A stretch of DNA of 64,000 nt, taken from the NCBI GenBank assembly GCA_965113315.1, contig OZ220364.1; one strand, 5' to 3'. A program made the position numbers and the translations under genes. Numbering within the stretch: position 1 is the stretch's first letter; the number at the start of each line of letters is the position of its first letter. This document shows positions 1-13,100 of this stretch, piece after piece. The DNA is from Podarcis vaucheri (lineage: Eukaryota). Under the pieces are notes generated by a model. The model saw only the letters and a program-made list of their open reading frames with translations. It searched no databases and was not told the DNA's origin.

Positions 1-506
1 CGGATATCCTAGTTACTATGCACGTTTCCCTTCCTCACCCCCCAAAAAAAACAAGCCCTTGGTTGCTGGCTCCCCAGATTCGCAATAGCAGGAGACTATG
101 TGCAATAATCCAGCCCTTCCTACAGCGCGTTTCCCTGGAGAGCCTTTCAAAGGTACCAAGTGCTTTAGACCACCTCTGCATGTTTTCTCTCCGTTTTCTC
201 CCCCCCCCCAACCCCCAACCCCCCGCTTTTTCCCAACCAGATGGTGCTAAAAGACTTATCCTCTCTTCCACCATAAAATCAGCCCAGCTGGCATGAAGCT
301 GACCCTTTCCACCTTGTTTTTAGATGTTGCTTCCCGCTTCCCACCCCCCCTCCAGATGTGATCATGAGAAACCTTTTCCCCCTCCTCCTTTCTTGATGCC
401 CAACTCATACCTTTGACGAAATAGCTCTTATGCAGCTGACAATCAGGGAGGACTTAATTGCAGAGGCCATACGGGTGTCACGTGAGCCAGGGATTGAGAG
501 CGTGGA

Positions 507-549
507 AGTGTGTGTGTTTGTGTGTTTGTGTGTGTGTGTTTCTGTGTGT
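507..549. repeat. interrupted (GT)n microsatellite
   Basis: Directly visible. Confidence 0.85.
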
Positions 550-2892
550 ATGCACAGCACATGTAGGATGGCATTGGGAGAAGGTATCCCTGTAGAACTG
601 GGCTTTTCCCCCTTTGTTTTTAATTTTGCATTTCTCAGGACATTGGTATTTTCTTTTCTTTTTAAAGGATTTGTACTTTGTCCTGACTGTTAAGTGGGAT
701 CAGGTTTCCCTCCCTAACAGGAGTGTTTGAGGTTTTTGGAAAGATAAGGGTTCAGTACACCCACCCGCCTTGCATAGCTCCTAAGTCATACGCTTCTTTG
801 TTGTCTGTCCTCCTCAGCCACACACACACCAAATTTGCACCCTTAATTGGTGGCAACGCAGGACTGAGGCACCCCCATTTAATACCTCAGATATCGGCAA
901 GGGAGAGGTCTCGTTATAAGCAAGCAGAATCGCTGCTTGTAACATCAGTCAATTCCCAGAATGCTGTTTTTGTGCCCCTTCCCCGGCCTGGAGCTTAGAC
1001 TGAATCAAATTCAGCTGACAATTTACCCCAAGGTGCTGAGCTAAACTGAAGTGCCTTCATTTGGGCAGAGGGCCCCCGCACACCTTCATCACTGAAAGCT
1101 TTTCGGCAGGGGCTAAACTGACTTCTGCAGGGGGAGGCCTAACAGCCGACTGAGTAGGGGGAAGAGATTTAGGCCAAAATTAATCAGCAAAAGGTGTCTT
1201 GTGTTTCTGTTGAACTTTGCCTGTCACAATATTCCACTCAAATGGCCAAAAGGGCACCGCACCATAGAGATTCGGGTGCAGAACAACTCCCCCCCTACGC
1301 ACATCATCGTCCTGTTACCCAAGTGGCAGTTTCCAGGAAATGAGAGCTGGTTGTCTTATTTTTTCGCAACTCGGTCTTTACTTCATTTGGGTGCCAGCAG
1401 ACCACAGCATTCAAAAACGTAGTTTCGGTGTAGCATATGACACACCCAACTTGTGCCAGCCACAGCAGTTCCTTAGATCAAGCTGTAAAAAGATTCGGGC
1501 TCAAGTAATTGGTTTTCTAGTGTGCTCCAAATCTGGACAGCAACCCAAATAATACTTTTGGTCTGCACCAACATTTCCATTCTTGCACCAGATTTCCTGA
1601 TATCCCACTCCCACCGCCCAAAATAAAATACATTGCACAGCATCAGAAACCACTTTCCAAGTTTTCACCTGAGTCCTCTATGCAATCCCTCTGGATCACA
1701 CTGATCCATTAGGAAGTTTTGTTTGGATTGACACGGCTAGAAGCTTCACAGGAGCACTTCTGCCACTGCCGTTAATTTTAATACAGCTTGCGCAGGATAA
1801 TTTCCTTGCGGGTTCTGCTTGTCCAACATGATCAGATGTGTTGGGATTTCAGGCAAATGGTAGTACGTAACTGCTTAGAGAATCCCAGGTTTTGAAAGAA
1901 GAGAAAAAAGGAGCATGGAGATTTGTGAAAATTGAGCCTTCTCTTAGATTTACGTCTGATTTATTGCATACCAAGAATCAATTAAGTATGTGAGCATGAA
2001 ATTATGTTCCCCTCCTATAATGGTTATTTTAATCACTGTTTTATATAAGGCTTTTGATAACAAAGTTTTAATGGATAAACTCGGATAAATTAGCAAAGTT
2101 TGAAATACACTAGATATAGACATTCGATGCTGGTGGCCAAGGATGTGATTTATTCAGCCCATGTAGGTAAGATGCACATGGCCATGTAGAAGTCTTGATC
2201 ATCTTCCAAAACATGTCCTTAGAACTAAATTCTAACAATGGTTCAATGCAAACATAATGTTTAAACATGGTTCGCATTAACCATGGCTTGCTGCCACCTC
2301 TGATTAGTATTTCAGAATACACTGAAACCATGGTTAGCTTCTGTTAACCTGCCCCTGGAGGGCATGTATATAATAAGACACCAGCAAGATCTGCTTGCCA
2401 TCTTGCAGGCCGAAGGATGGAGAAACTGTCTTAACCATGGTTTGCTCAGTGCAGAAGGAACATTTAACCATGGTTTAGGAAGTCAGATGTAAAGTAACAC
2501 TTAAACCATGGTTAAGGAAAACAAACCCCACTCAAAACATGATGTCTGTATGGGACTCCCACTATCCCTTTTTTCAGCTTAATTCAGTTTCGATTATGAC
2601 CCTGCTCTGGTTCCACCTCTGCAGTGCTAACAAAATATAAAACAAAGAAATAAACTCAGTCCAGCAAAAGTTAGTTGTAGCCAAAGGTTCAATCCTCTAG
2701 GTCCTATGAATTCAGTAAGTCAAGATGCATAAGATTCTGTTTAGGGAAATAAGGAATACAGCAAAGTCTGACAGCTCCATCAAGGGAGCTCCATGCATGG
2801 AAACAGCATTGTGAAGTGCGTAGGGATGCAGTTGCAGATATTAATCTAGATGTACATCTGGATGCAATATTTATCTGGGTCTTACTGAACTG

Positions 2893-3290
2893 GCTGGATG
2901 TGTTCATTGTGCACAGGAATGCATATACACCTGAAACTGCCCAATTGCCATTTGTGACTAGTTATCTATAACAAGAGCTGGTTTGGAAGCAAGGAATTCC
3001 TGGGATCATGGATACAAATACTTCAGTGCTGGTTTCAGAGTGACTGTGCATCACCCTCCATGAAATAATTTCTGCTTTCAAACCGGGGACTGCTGGATGT
3101 GTTCATTGTGCACAGGAATGCATATACACCTGAAACTGCCCAATTGCCATTTGTGACTAGTTATCTATAACAAGAGCTGGTTTGGAAGCAAGGAATTCCT
3201 GGGATCATGGATACAAATACTTCAGTGCTGGTTTCAGAGTGACTGTGCATCACCCTCCATGAAATAATTTCTGCTTTCAAACCGGGGACT
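2893..3290. repeat. perfect 199-bp tandem duplication (2893-3091 / 3092-3290)
   Basis: Two copies of gctggatgtgttcattg...aaccggggact read as identical. Confidence 0.95.
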
Positions 3291-4474
3291 GCAGTCTTTA
3301 GCCTTCCTGGTGGGGTTGCTGTGCACGCCACAGATTTCGTGGATTGCGAATCTTTTCGGGATTCAATTCCAGTTCAGAAAGGAGTGCATTTTGGAATGTT
3401 GTGGGAATGGTCTTTTCAATGTGTGTGCCTGTGTTTCATGGCTGGCATGCAGCTATTTTATTAAATAAGTTTCATTTCCCAAAACTAAGGTTGACCTCCA
3501 TCTCAGCAGTAGCTAACGTTGCAACGTTTTCCTAGGCTAGTTGCATTTTACTTCTGCGTTCCTTCATCTCTCTCACTGCCCTGAAAGACTTGGCTTTACT
3601 ATAGGATCAGCATTTCACAGGCCGTATCCGTTGCGGAAAGTCTCTCTGCGTTTGTTCAAGAGGAGCTGCTGTGGGCAGCCAGCAGCCCAAAACTCAACAG
3701 ATGCCATACAGCAACACACCTGGCAACCCCCTACAAATCTCTTCCATCCAGCTCTGAGTGCATCCTAAGTACGAGCCATCCTAAGCCACTGCCCCAGTTT
3801 TCTGGATCGGGGGAAATTGCTTAGCTGTTGCCCATGCTTCCTTCTCATCCGTAAAAAATAGTTCTTTGGCAGACTTGTTTCATTTGCTTTGTGTTTAAGA
3901 GCTCCCTCTATTCTAGCCTCCCCACTCCCCCCGGTCAGTCGCTCTCTCATTTAGACTAGGAGGCAGCTCTTGGTGGAAGTGGGGTGAGAGGAGGGAACGC
4001 AAAAGAAGGGAAGAGTTTGAGTCCCATTTTGCATCAAGGCAGCCTTTGGGACTGGAGACGTTCTTTGTGTTTGTGGAAACCCAGCAGAGGAGGACAGGAG
4101 CAGCTTCGACCGAAGCGTTCATGCCGATGTCCCTACCTCTTTGCCACATTTTTCTTTTGTTTGCCAAAGATATAAACAAGGTCTCCCAGGGCTAACCTGG
4201 TGACACTCTGCGTTTTTTAAAAGAACGAACAAAAATGGAGTGTGGTGTCTACCTGAGCCGAGTCTTAAGCCAGATGCAGCTGTCTATTAAGGCCCGGTCC
4301 CATGCAGAAAGGAAGCAAGGACTGGTTTAAGAACAGCAAGTAACACAAGACGCGAGAGGGGGGCCGAGGGTAGGGGTAGCGAAGGCAAGGGAGAGATTGT
4401 GGCCAGGGCTGGGTGGGTAAGGCGAAAGGATAGGGTGTAAAGGGAAGAATTAGGGTATGAGTAAGGCTGGATGC

Positions 4475-4827
4475 AGGGACGCGGGTGGCGCTGTGGGCTA
4501 AAGCCTCAGCGCCTAGGGCTTGCCGATCGAAAGGTCGGCGGTTCGAATCCCCGCTCCCGCTGCTCGGTCCCAGCGCCTGCCCACCTAGCAGTTCGAAAGC
4601 ACCCCCGGGGGCAAGTAGATAAATAGGTACCGCTTACCAGCGGGAAGGTAAACGGCGTTCCGTGTGCGGCTCTGGCTCGCCAGAGCAGCGTTGTCACGCT
4701 GGCCACGTGACCCGGAAGTGTCTCCGGACAGCGCTGGCCCCCGGCCAATAAATGTGAGATGGGCGCACAAACCCCAGAGTCTGGCAAGACTGGCCCGTTT
4801 GGGCAGGGGTACCTTTACCTTTACCTT
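4475..4827 (+). mobile_element. Sauria SINE (Squam1), full length
   Basis: gggacgcgggtggcgctgtgg head, box B ggttcgaatcc, (ACCTTT)n tail; TSD taaggctggatgc at 4462-4474 and 4828-4840. Confidence 0.92.
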
Positions 4828-7800
4828 TAAGGCTGGATGCTAATGCAGTGTGAGAGGAAGTAAGATTGCAGCGGGGGAAAGGTGGACGTGCACATATATG
4901 AGAGATTGTGTGCTGCGGGCCCAGATAGAGACCTTACATTTTGCCACTGCAAAGCTTACCCATGGTCTTAAGCCCTGTGTTTTCACTCCCCACACCTTCC
5001 CTAAAGCACTTCCTAGCTTTTCTTTTCCTGAGGGGGGACACCTAGGACAGACAAACGAGTCATGGCATTTGGGGCCTTTTGACCCCATCGTCCCAGGTCT
5101 GGAAGGAGGGTTAGCAGTTAGGAGAAACATCCGAGAATATCCTCCACGGGCTGCAGAGACCAGCCGTCAAATGGCACCGCTCATCCCCCCCCCCCCTCTG
5201 TCCACGCCAGCTCCTAACTGCTAGGAAGGCTCCTGGCTGCTTTCGTGGAGCACCTTTGCTTTAAGCCCGATCTGTGGCTTTCTCATGAGCAAAGTCGCGG
5301 TCTGAGCTTTCCGCTCACATCCTCATCGCTCCTTCCTACACTCTGGGAATCGACCGCTGCGCAAAAGCATGATTTGCAAGCGTGCATGTGTAGCATAGGG
5401 ACCGAAGGCAAAAAAAAGCAAAAACCCTGGGCCCTAGGAGCATGGACCTCTGAGCTGCTAGATTTTTTTTCTTTTAATCTTGTGCCTTGATTTCCCCTAT
5501 CCCATTCTGCCAGTGGGGGGAACCAGTCCCTGCACTTTAAACTTCCAGTCTAGTAAAGGCCTCTCCCGACCTGCTCCTTCCCCACTTTGTGAATGAACGA
5601 CCTTGCAGCCTTGTCCCACTCTATGCCCAACAAGGCCTCTGTGCTCTTCTCTGGCCTAGCTTCCCTCTGCACAAACCAGCCCACCCCCCTTGTTGTCATC
5701 TCCTGCATCACGCTTGCCCCACCCAGTCTTCCCACCATGCTGGAAGAGGAAGAGGAAGCAGCTGGCTGCCTCAAGAGACCTAGCAGAGTAGACTGTAGAT
5801 GAGCCTCAAAACCTTTGTCTCTCCTAAATGCTGGTATCTTTTTTTATTATAACAAAAACAAGCTCCACCACCCAAAACTCTTTGCCTGCCGATTCCATGC
5901 TTGCATCAAAACCCCATCCTCCTTGGAAGTTGTTGGTGCTATTTGGGGGAGGAAAATAAAATAAACCCGGTTCAGAACGTCCCTTCATTTTTATGCACAC
6001 CAGTTCCAGTTGTTGTTTTTTTTTTGTCATTCTTAGCTACACATCTACCTCACACGTACTTGCAGTTCATTTGTACATCCTGAACCGGCAAACTGCACCT
6101 TCTCCAGGGGGGGCGAGTTCCCCCACCTCACCCTTAGAAAACCCTCTGGGCTCCTCTGCTTTGTTTCAAGGGGGGGGGGGTGTGTGGAAGAGAAATGTTT
6201 GTCTTTAAAAAAAAAAAATTAATAACCCCTGTGTTGCTGCTAATTACTGGAGTTTTGTTAAGATGTACCACATTTTGCTTTTAAAAAAAATTCCTTTGTA
6301 AAGTGTGTTGACGCTGCGTTAGTTCGTTTCTTTGAACTTGAGCAGAAATCTTTGATCCGCAGGTAGGGCACAGTTTTGTGACCTCAGTGTGAGACCCCCA
6401 AGCATGGCAAGAATTCGTAAGTGATGAATGCTGCAAAGTTTCCACCTAGAAGTCCAGGAATGGCATAAGCCATTGTTGGTTTTCAAAACAGCCTTTTTAT
6501 TTTTAAAAGGGCTCGCTGAAGCAAAACAGTGGATTTATTTGGACCCCCTAGGAGCAGTTGAGCAGTCAAAAGACACAGCACAAGGGATCTTGCCTTTAAA
6601 CCAGCCTGCCATGAACAGGCTTTCAGACTCCATACTCTGGGGCTCTAGCTAAATACGGAGTTTGCAGGAATTTGGTTTCCATAAGAGAAAGGAAACCACT
6701 GGCCCCAGCTTATGCAGGTGGTGACTGCAAAACAACAAACTGAACTAGCAACGATCGCGTTAGCAAAAGATACTTGAGGGAATGAACTTTTTGCCTTGGG
6801 CTATGGCTTGCAGAATCAAAATGAGCAGAGGTCAACGAAATTTGGTGGGGTTAGAGTACTTTTGGTATTGCTGTGCTGTTAGAATTTCTAGTACTGGCTC
6901 ACTGGATAGGGAGCTGGATGCGTTTGTCTATGATACAGGATGGCTGCTCTAAGCTGCCCCAAAGTGATTGCACAGCCAAGTAAGACACTTCTGAGCTAAT
7001 GGCTGTCAAACAGCAGCTGTTGCTCTTTGGGGAGCCTCTTCTATCCAGAAGTGATGCTCTTGACGAATACCAATACCTCAGCTCAAAACACACACGTACC
7101 CAGCACCATCAAAGCAGACAGTGGGGTGGAAGAAACACCAAACATGCTAGCAAATAAAGCAGATAGTATTCCAAGCCAATTCTATTCCAGCAGGGCCCAA
7201 GGTTGCACTGTGGCCTCCTGCTTCCGTTTTTGCCATGTATTTCCTCTGTCAGAGGCAGTACCCCTAGAGCTGTTGGCGATTGTGAGTTGGGCAAAAGGAG
7301 AAAGTCAACGTTTCGTCTTCCAGAAATCTCACTTTTTGTCTGTCTAGGAGCTAAAACAGCTTACGCTACTAACATTCTGAGTGGCAAAAAAAGAAGTGAG
7401 GGTCAGTAACAAGTGTTTCCTCGAAATAATTTACTCGCTAGGATCGCACCAGAATAACATTTTGTTTTTTAAAGAAAGGGTTTTCTTGATTGCAGAGCAC
7501 TTGGTGTTCTTCAGCTTCGCCTTCCCGTCTCTAGGAGGAAGCTCTGGCGGGGATTCCAGCTCTGCTTTGAGCTAACGCAAGGCCCAATCCACCCCATACC
7601 TTGGGACAAAGTTCATAGCTTGTCGGCACTTTCCTCTGGAGCAATACGCCCTTGGTGGTTCAGATGGTTGCACTGATGCCTTGCCCTGTAGCAAATGGCC
7701 TTTAAAGCAGATAGCAATAGGCACCCACTCTTAAGAAATACCCATCTCATGCTGGTTCATGTCTACAGCAGGCTACAGGCTCGTGTGTTTTTTAACACCC

Positions 7801-8238
7801 AAGTTCGTCATCATAACATTGGAACATAACAGCTAAATTGTTGCTTTAAAAACACCACCACCACATGCTTGCCATGGATGCAAACGAGTCTCCTGTAAAC
7901 ATGCATTTGGCACTCTTGAGCGATGCCTCTGCCCTGTTTCTGACTCAAGTCATTCAAAGCTCCCGGGAACTCTCCAAAGGCAACTCTTCTGTGCTTCCAT
8001 TTGCCACAGACACAGCGAGAGTTCTTGGCCCGCCCGCAACCACAGTCTCAGTTCATTTTACCGGCTAGTTTTATTTATATACTTAGGACTATTTGTACAA
8101 GTTTTTTTTAATTGAGAAGTTTCTATAGTTTTGTATCTTCCATGCTACAGCCAGGCCTCTTTCTCTCTCTCAACCCCTGTACACCTTTCCCTCTGTGGAG
8201 CTCTGACTGGTCTCATTTTGAACAAATTTTTGTTTTTA

Positions 8239-8244
8239 AATAAA
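8239..8244 (+). terminator. polyadenylation signal of the plus-strand gene
   Basis: AATAAA preceded by UGUA and U-rich elements and followed by GU/U-rich sequence. Confidence 0.55.
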
Positions 8245-9557
8245 AGGTGAAAAAAACCCGTGGCTTGACTGCTTCTTCGATAGTTACTTTTAGCTCGTCG
8301 TCATCATTAAGCAGTTTCAAGGAGATCCTGGTCATTCTCTCCCTATTAAAGCGATTTAAGACAAAATATGTTGTCATAATGATTTTCAAACTATGTTCCA
8401 GGAAACTCTTGAGGTTCTGTGGAAATTTCTTGGGGAGAAGGTTAAGGATTGGTGGACCAGTGTTGCTGGCAGACAACTTCACCAGCTCTACTGATCCTTT
8501 CACTAGTAGTGGGATTGCTACCAATGAAGAGTACCCAATAAATTCAATCAGTCTTGTCCCTGGGACAATATTTGCAATCATCAGATGTATTCTAGATATA
8601 CTCTGAAATGTGTGGGGCATATTGGAAGCCCAGGTCTCCTGTGAACTGGCAATCTGCTCTAGAACACCTTGGCAATGTAGATAGCAAGATTCCCTGAAGT
8701 GGTGGAGCACTGGAAAGTCAAGAGTTTCAACACAATTGAACTATCCTATTATGCACAAGAGGTTCATGTTTAAGAACAGTAAAACGGCTGCCCCGCCCCT
8801 TGAAATGTATGCTTGCTGCAAAGGCTGTTTCCCCCCAACTTGGAACTGAGGACTAATCCACAATCTAAGAAATGGTTGTGTGTGAAGTTTTGGTTTACCT
8901 AGAAGCTGATGTCTGCATCCAGCACAATATTCTGTAGCCCAGCCAGTTGTTAAAGGTCTTCATCTCAGCTTCTTAAGATTGCAAAAAAGGGGGGAGCGGG
9001 GCGGTGGAGCTACTTGAGAACTCTTTCTGCAAGCTACAAACAAAATTGCAATTGACTTTCCATACTGTGGTGGTTACTGAACTTTTTCTGTATGTTCATT
9101 TTACCATTTTCTATACACACTAATGGGAGTAGCAACTGCCTTACCATGGAGGTAAAGAGAGGCTCAGGCTATGGGACTTTGGGTGCCATTCAAACCCACA
9201 GAATTTAAGATTTCTGAAAACTACAAGATCTCTGCAAGATGTTGCTGGGATAGTTCACTGCATCCAAGCCTCATCAAAATGTCACTGCCCTAAAGCACCA
9301 AATTTCAAAAGCCTCCATGAAATGTTGCCTGCTATCATGATGGAAACATTTCTCTCCACCACAGCGGGAGAAGCCTGGCTGATCTTTTGGGTTTTTCCAC
9401 CTCAGATGACAAATTAAAAGTAGATAAGGCTGGGCTGGATTCCTGTTGTAGAGACTGGGCCTTCCTCCATGTAGGATCCACACAGCTCTAATTTAAGCTA
9501 TACGTACAGAGTCCCTTTACCTTTTACACCCAAGGTGGAGATGGCGTCCTCTTTAGA

Positions 9558-9709
9558 AATCACAGAATTCTAGAGTTGGAAGGGACCCTGATAATCATCC
9601 AGTCCAACCCCCTGCAATGCATGCAGGAATATGCAGCTGTCCTATACGGGGATCGAACCTGCAACCTTGGCATTGTCAGCATCATGCTCTAACCAACTGA
9701 GCTACCCAG
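9558..9709 (-). mobile_element. short tRNA(Ile)-derived SINE with CR1-type tail
   Basis: The reverse complement gives a tagctcagttggttagagc...ggttcgatcccc head and a ttggactgga...ccttccaactctagaattctgtgatt tail. Confidence 0.8.
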
Positions 9710-10149
9710 GCGCACAAAACACAGCTGGCCTGCATAAACAACACCCAACTTGTAGACCAGGGATACCAATGTCATGAAACATTCAGTGACCTCACCTGTA
9801 CGGATCATGCAATTTGGAAGGAACTGGTCCACCAGGAACCCCCAGTTGCCATCCTGCCTGAATTCTGCTGTATCACAATGAAATCATAGACTACAGATGC
9901 ACCTGCCCAGTCTCTACTTCAACATTAAGAGAGTGTGTTGTTGTTGTTTCTAAAAAATGATGCATCTTCAAGCTTTCTGGCACCCATTGCATAGGTCCAC
10001 ATCTTAACAGGGTACTGAGGCAGGTTGCCAAAGAGCAGGAGGGGGAACAAGTCCATGTCTAGAGTGGTTAATGTTCAGCTTGTAGCAGAGCAACGCCCCT
10101 CCCCTCCCGCCCCGAGAAAAAGACAACATTCTCAAGCACATTCTTCTCT

Positions 10150-13100
10150 ATCAAACGTGGGTTGTTTTTTTGTTTATTCTTTGAAACTTGACAAGCACTC
10201 TAACATCTGTACTTGTGGAAACATCACAAGGAAACAAACAGGAATTCTAGATTTTTTTTTCTCTTCCTTTTAAACCTTATTAAAAATGAGGTTGGTCCTA
10301 AAAATATAGAAAGAAATCAATTTAAATTCACAAAAAACTGTACATTATCAAAAATTCACTAAAACAAACACATTTGGTTATTCATATAAAAAGTGTGATG
10401 CCCCTCTTCCTGCTGTTCAGAGCATCTCACAGGATGTTGGGTTTGTTGGTTCCTTTCTGATATCAAATCAAGATGAAGGGGGAAGAAAAAGCCAGTAGTT
10501 GGATGATAAGGCCAATTTTTCTAGTTGCAATTCTCAAAATCCAGTTGGGGGGAAAAACGCATGTAACTTTCAAAAAACAACAAGGTATTTTATACACTGA
10601 CTCCCCTAATGAAGATCAAGATTAGGACAAACCTGGATTCATTCTTTTAAGGTGTGAGGGTTTGAATCTAAAAATTTTAACATTTCCATAACAAAACAAA
10701 ACAAAAGCCCAACAATTAACACTTCCAAACTCTCTAGAGCTTTCTCATAGCTGAGAAAAAAATCCCAACAGATCAGGGGGAAAAACATTGCTTTAAAAAA
10801 AAAAAACCCACCAAAAAGAAGCTGTTACAGCACAAGTTTAGATAAAATATAAATATTTATGCATAATATAAAGTCAGTTTCAAATAGACTTCAAATCTAC
10901 CTCTTTATTTTAAAAGCAAAAACAAAACAAAACAAAAATCCCAAAATTTAAAATAAAATAAAGTTTGAGGTTATTTGATAGAAAAAGGCTACGTTTTGTT
11001 GAAAACAACTGGGGGGTGGGGAGTGAGGTTGGGGTAGAGGAAGCACAGTAAGGGAGGTTTCAGTCTCCAGGCTACATCACCTGTGGCTGCATTTTACTTA
11101 CATCAGTGCTCTTGCAACTGGATTGGTCGACGCGGGTAGGGGGAAAACACAAACACACACACACCCCTCATTCAATTGTAGCACAGGTGGAAATGTGGGA
11201 GGAAAGCCATCTCCTGATGGGACCCTGCCAGCCGTTTATCTGCCCCTAAGTGATACCCGTAATTTACAATGGTTTTGAGGAGCTAGGCTGGGTATGAAAA
11301 GCAGCTAGGGAGTTAAGGTTACAGGAGATGTCCTTCCTACCACTCCGATCCACCTGGGTGGTGGAAGAAAAGTGAAAGAAACAAGTCGTTTCCTCTTTTA
11401 TCTCTCCTATATGCCTCCTACGCATCTGCACCACGGCCAAGAATACTGGACCAGCATCCGGAAACAGACTGGAGGAAAACCAACGGCAGCAACGCCCCTG
11501 TTCCAGGACAGAGGCAACTGGGGTGGACTAGAATGTAAGCCTATGACTCCTGAATACAAGAAGGGTCGGGTGAATCTGTTTCCCAGGCAGCAGTCTCCTT
11601 AGAAACCATTGCTCAGCAACAGCGTGAGGCTGCTGCTCTGGGACCAGGTTATTACTTCGAATACAGATTGCTAGTAGGCATCCATGCACCGTGAGGGGGG
11701 TGACTGATGGAGAGTTGCTGAATTGCAAGAAACGAGATGACCAATTATGCTTGTTTAACAACTGCCTTGCGGACTGTTTGGGGTATTTTTCTTTTTAAAA
11801 AGGCTAGAGACCTAAACATGTATTTTTAAAGACTTTGTTAAAACCGCATTCCCTCTTGCACCAAGTGGGAGCGGGAAGGATTGAACATGAGATCCCCTGG
11901 CTTCAGCCACAAATATTTGAATCTGCCAAGCGCTTAGCACCAGAAACCCAAATACAGAAAGTATCACAACTGCTTTTTCGCATCAGGCTCCTTCTCATGC
12001 TTTAATAGGGCAACAATCCACCAGAATGTCTCTTGCATAGGTTGGACAGCAAAGAATCCCATACCTGCACATTCATCTCCATGGAAGTTTGCGCAAGAGC
12101 TGTTCTTGGTGGACTGTGCGGGTTGTTAAATCATTTCCCCGAAGCTGGAGCAATCCATTGCGTCAATGGAACAGGGCCTGGGGGTGGGACCCTCTACAGA
12201 CCGCTCTATACCTGCTCAGGCAGCTTCAAAACAAATTCTGGTTTTGGTGGTTCTGGCACTGGAGTTAATGGTAGTTCATTGAAACAGGCTGCTCTTGCCC
12301 ACGTGGCAAAAATAACAATGAATGGAACCGCAATTATTTCTCCTCTGAAAACCATCAAAATCCAGTTGGAAAAGGGTTTAGAAAAAAGGCTAAAATGTTA
12401 AGAATGTTCACATGGGGTATGTATGAGTGGCGATCTAAGGTAAAATATTATATAGAAAATGTAGACAAAAGCTGAAAGGAAATACCTATGAATTCCAGAT
12501 CTTTAGATTGAGGGCAGCTGTGGACATCCTGCAAGGCCGTAGTCGGTGGAAGGATGAGCTTCGTCCTTTCATGCTTCTAGCATGTGCCCTCCACAGCGGC
12601 ATGCACCTCAAGAAGACACACAAGTGACTACTCTCCCTTCACTTGCATGTAATGTCCAAAGCTGCCCTTTTAGATTGAATCTCAGTCAAGGTAACCAAAG
12701 GAGGCAGCACGATTTAGACCCCACAGGTTAAAAATATGGTCAGGAGACAGGAACCTAACATGGAGGAAGATGAAATGGTGGCAGTTTTCCCTCCCTTCTA
12801 ATGGGCTTAATCCCACATCTTGTCTCAAGGAGGAAATACCTACGATAGATTGGGAATGGTGTTCCAAGGCAGGAAACAACAATCCTACCAAACATACAGA
12901 TAGATTGCAGATCAAACTTTGTAGACAGTAGCCATCCCTGAGGAATAACGCTGGGGCAGAGTTGGGGGACGGGGGACAGGGTGGGGACAACACTCAATAA
13001 GGCCAGAATCCCATGACATGATCTTCTGAAGAGCTGGAAGGGGGCATCAGAAAATCCTTCCTCCCAAAACGCAGGTTACATCAACCCCACTCCTGCAAGC

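Larger units (their letters stand above)
241..8262 (+). other. long terminal exon / 3'UTR of a convergent plus-strand gene (probably RBMS2 by synteny)
   Basis: Polypyrimidine tract and AG acceptor at 240, U-rich UTR-like blocks (5820-6350, 8060-8240) and AATAAA at 8239. No credible CDS. Identity inferred only from remembered RBMS2-BAZ2A tail-to-tail synteny. Confidence 0.45.

Noticed and set aside
2230-2520. CRISPR-like spaced repeats
   Set aside because: The repeats are only 10 bp and irregularly spaced, the context is eukaryotic, and there are no cas genes.
8213-8710. 165-aa minus ORF overlapping a 119-aa plus ORF between the two 3' ends
   Set aside because: Non-ATG start, no recognisable motif or splice context; consistent with chance.
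9250-9370. FMEAFEIWCFR peptide resembling an RTE ORF2 end
   Set aside because: Too short and degraded to call confidently; at most an ancient RTE scrap.
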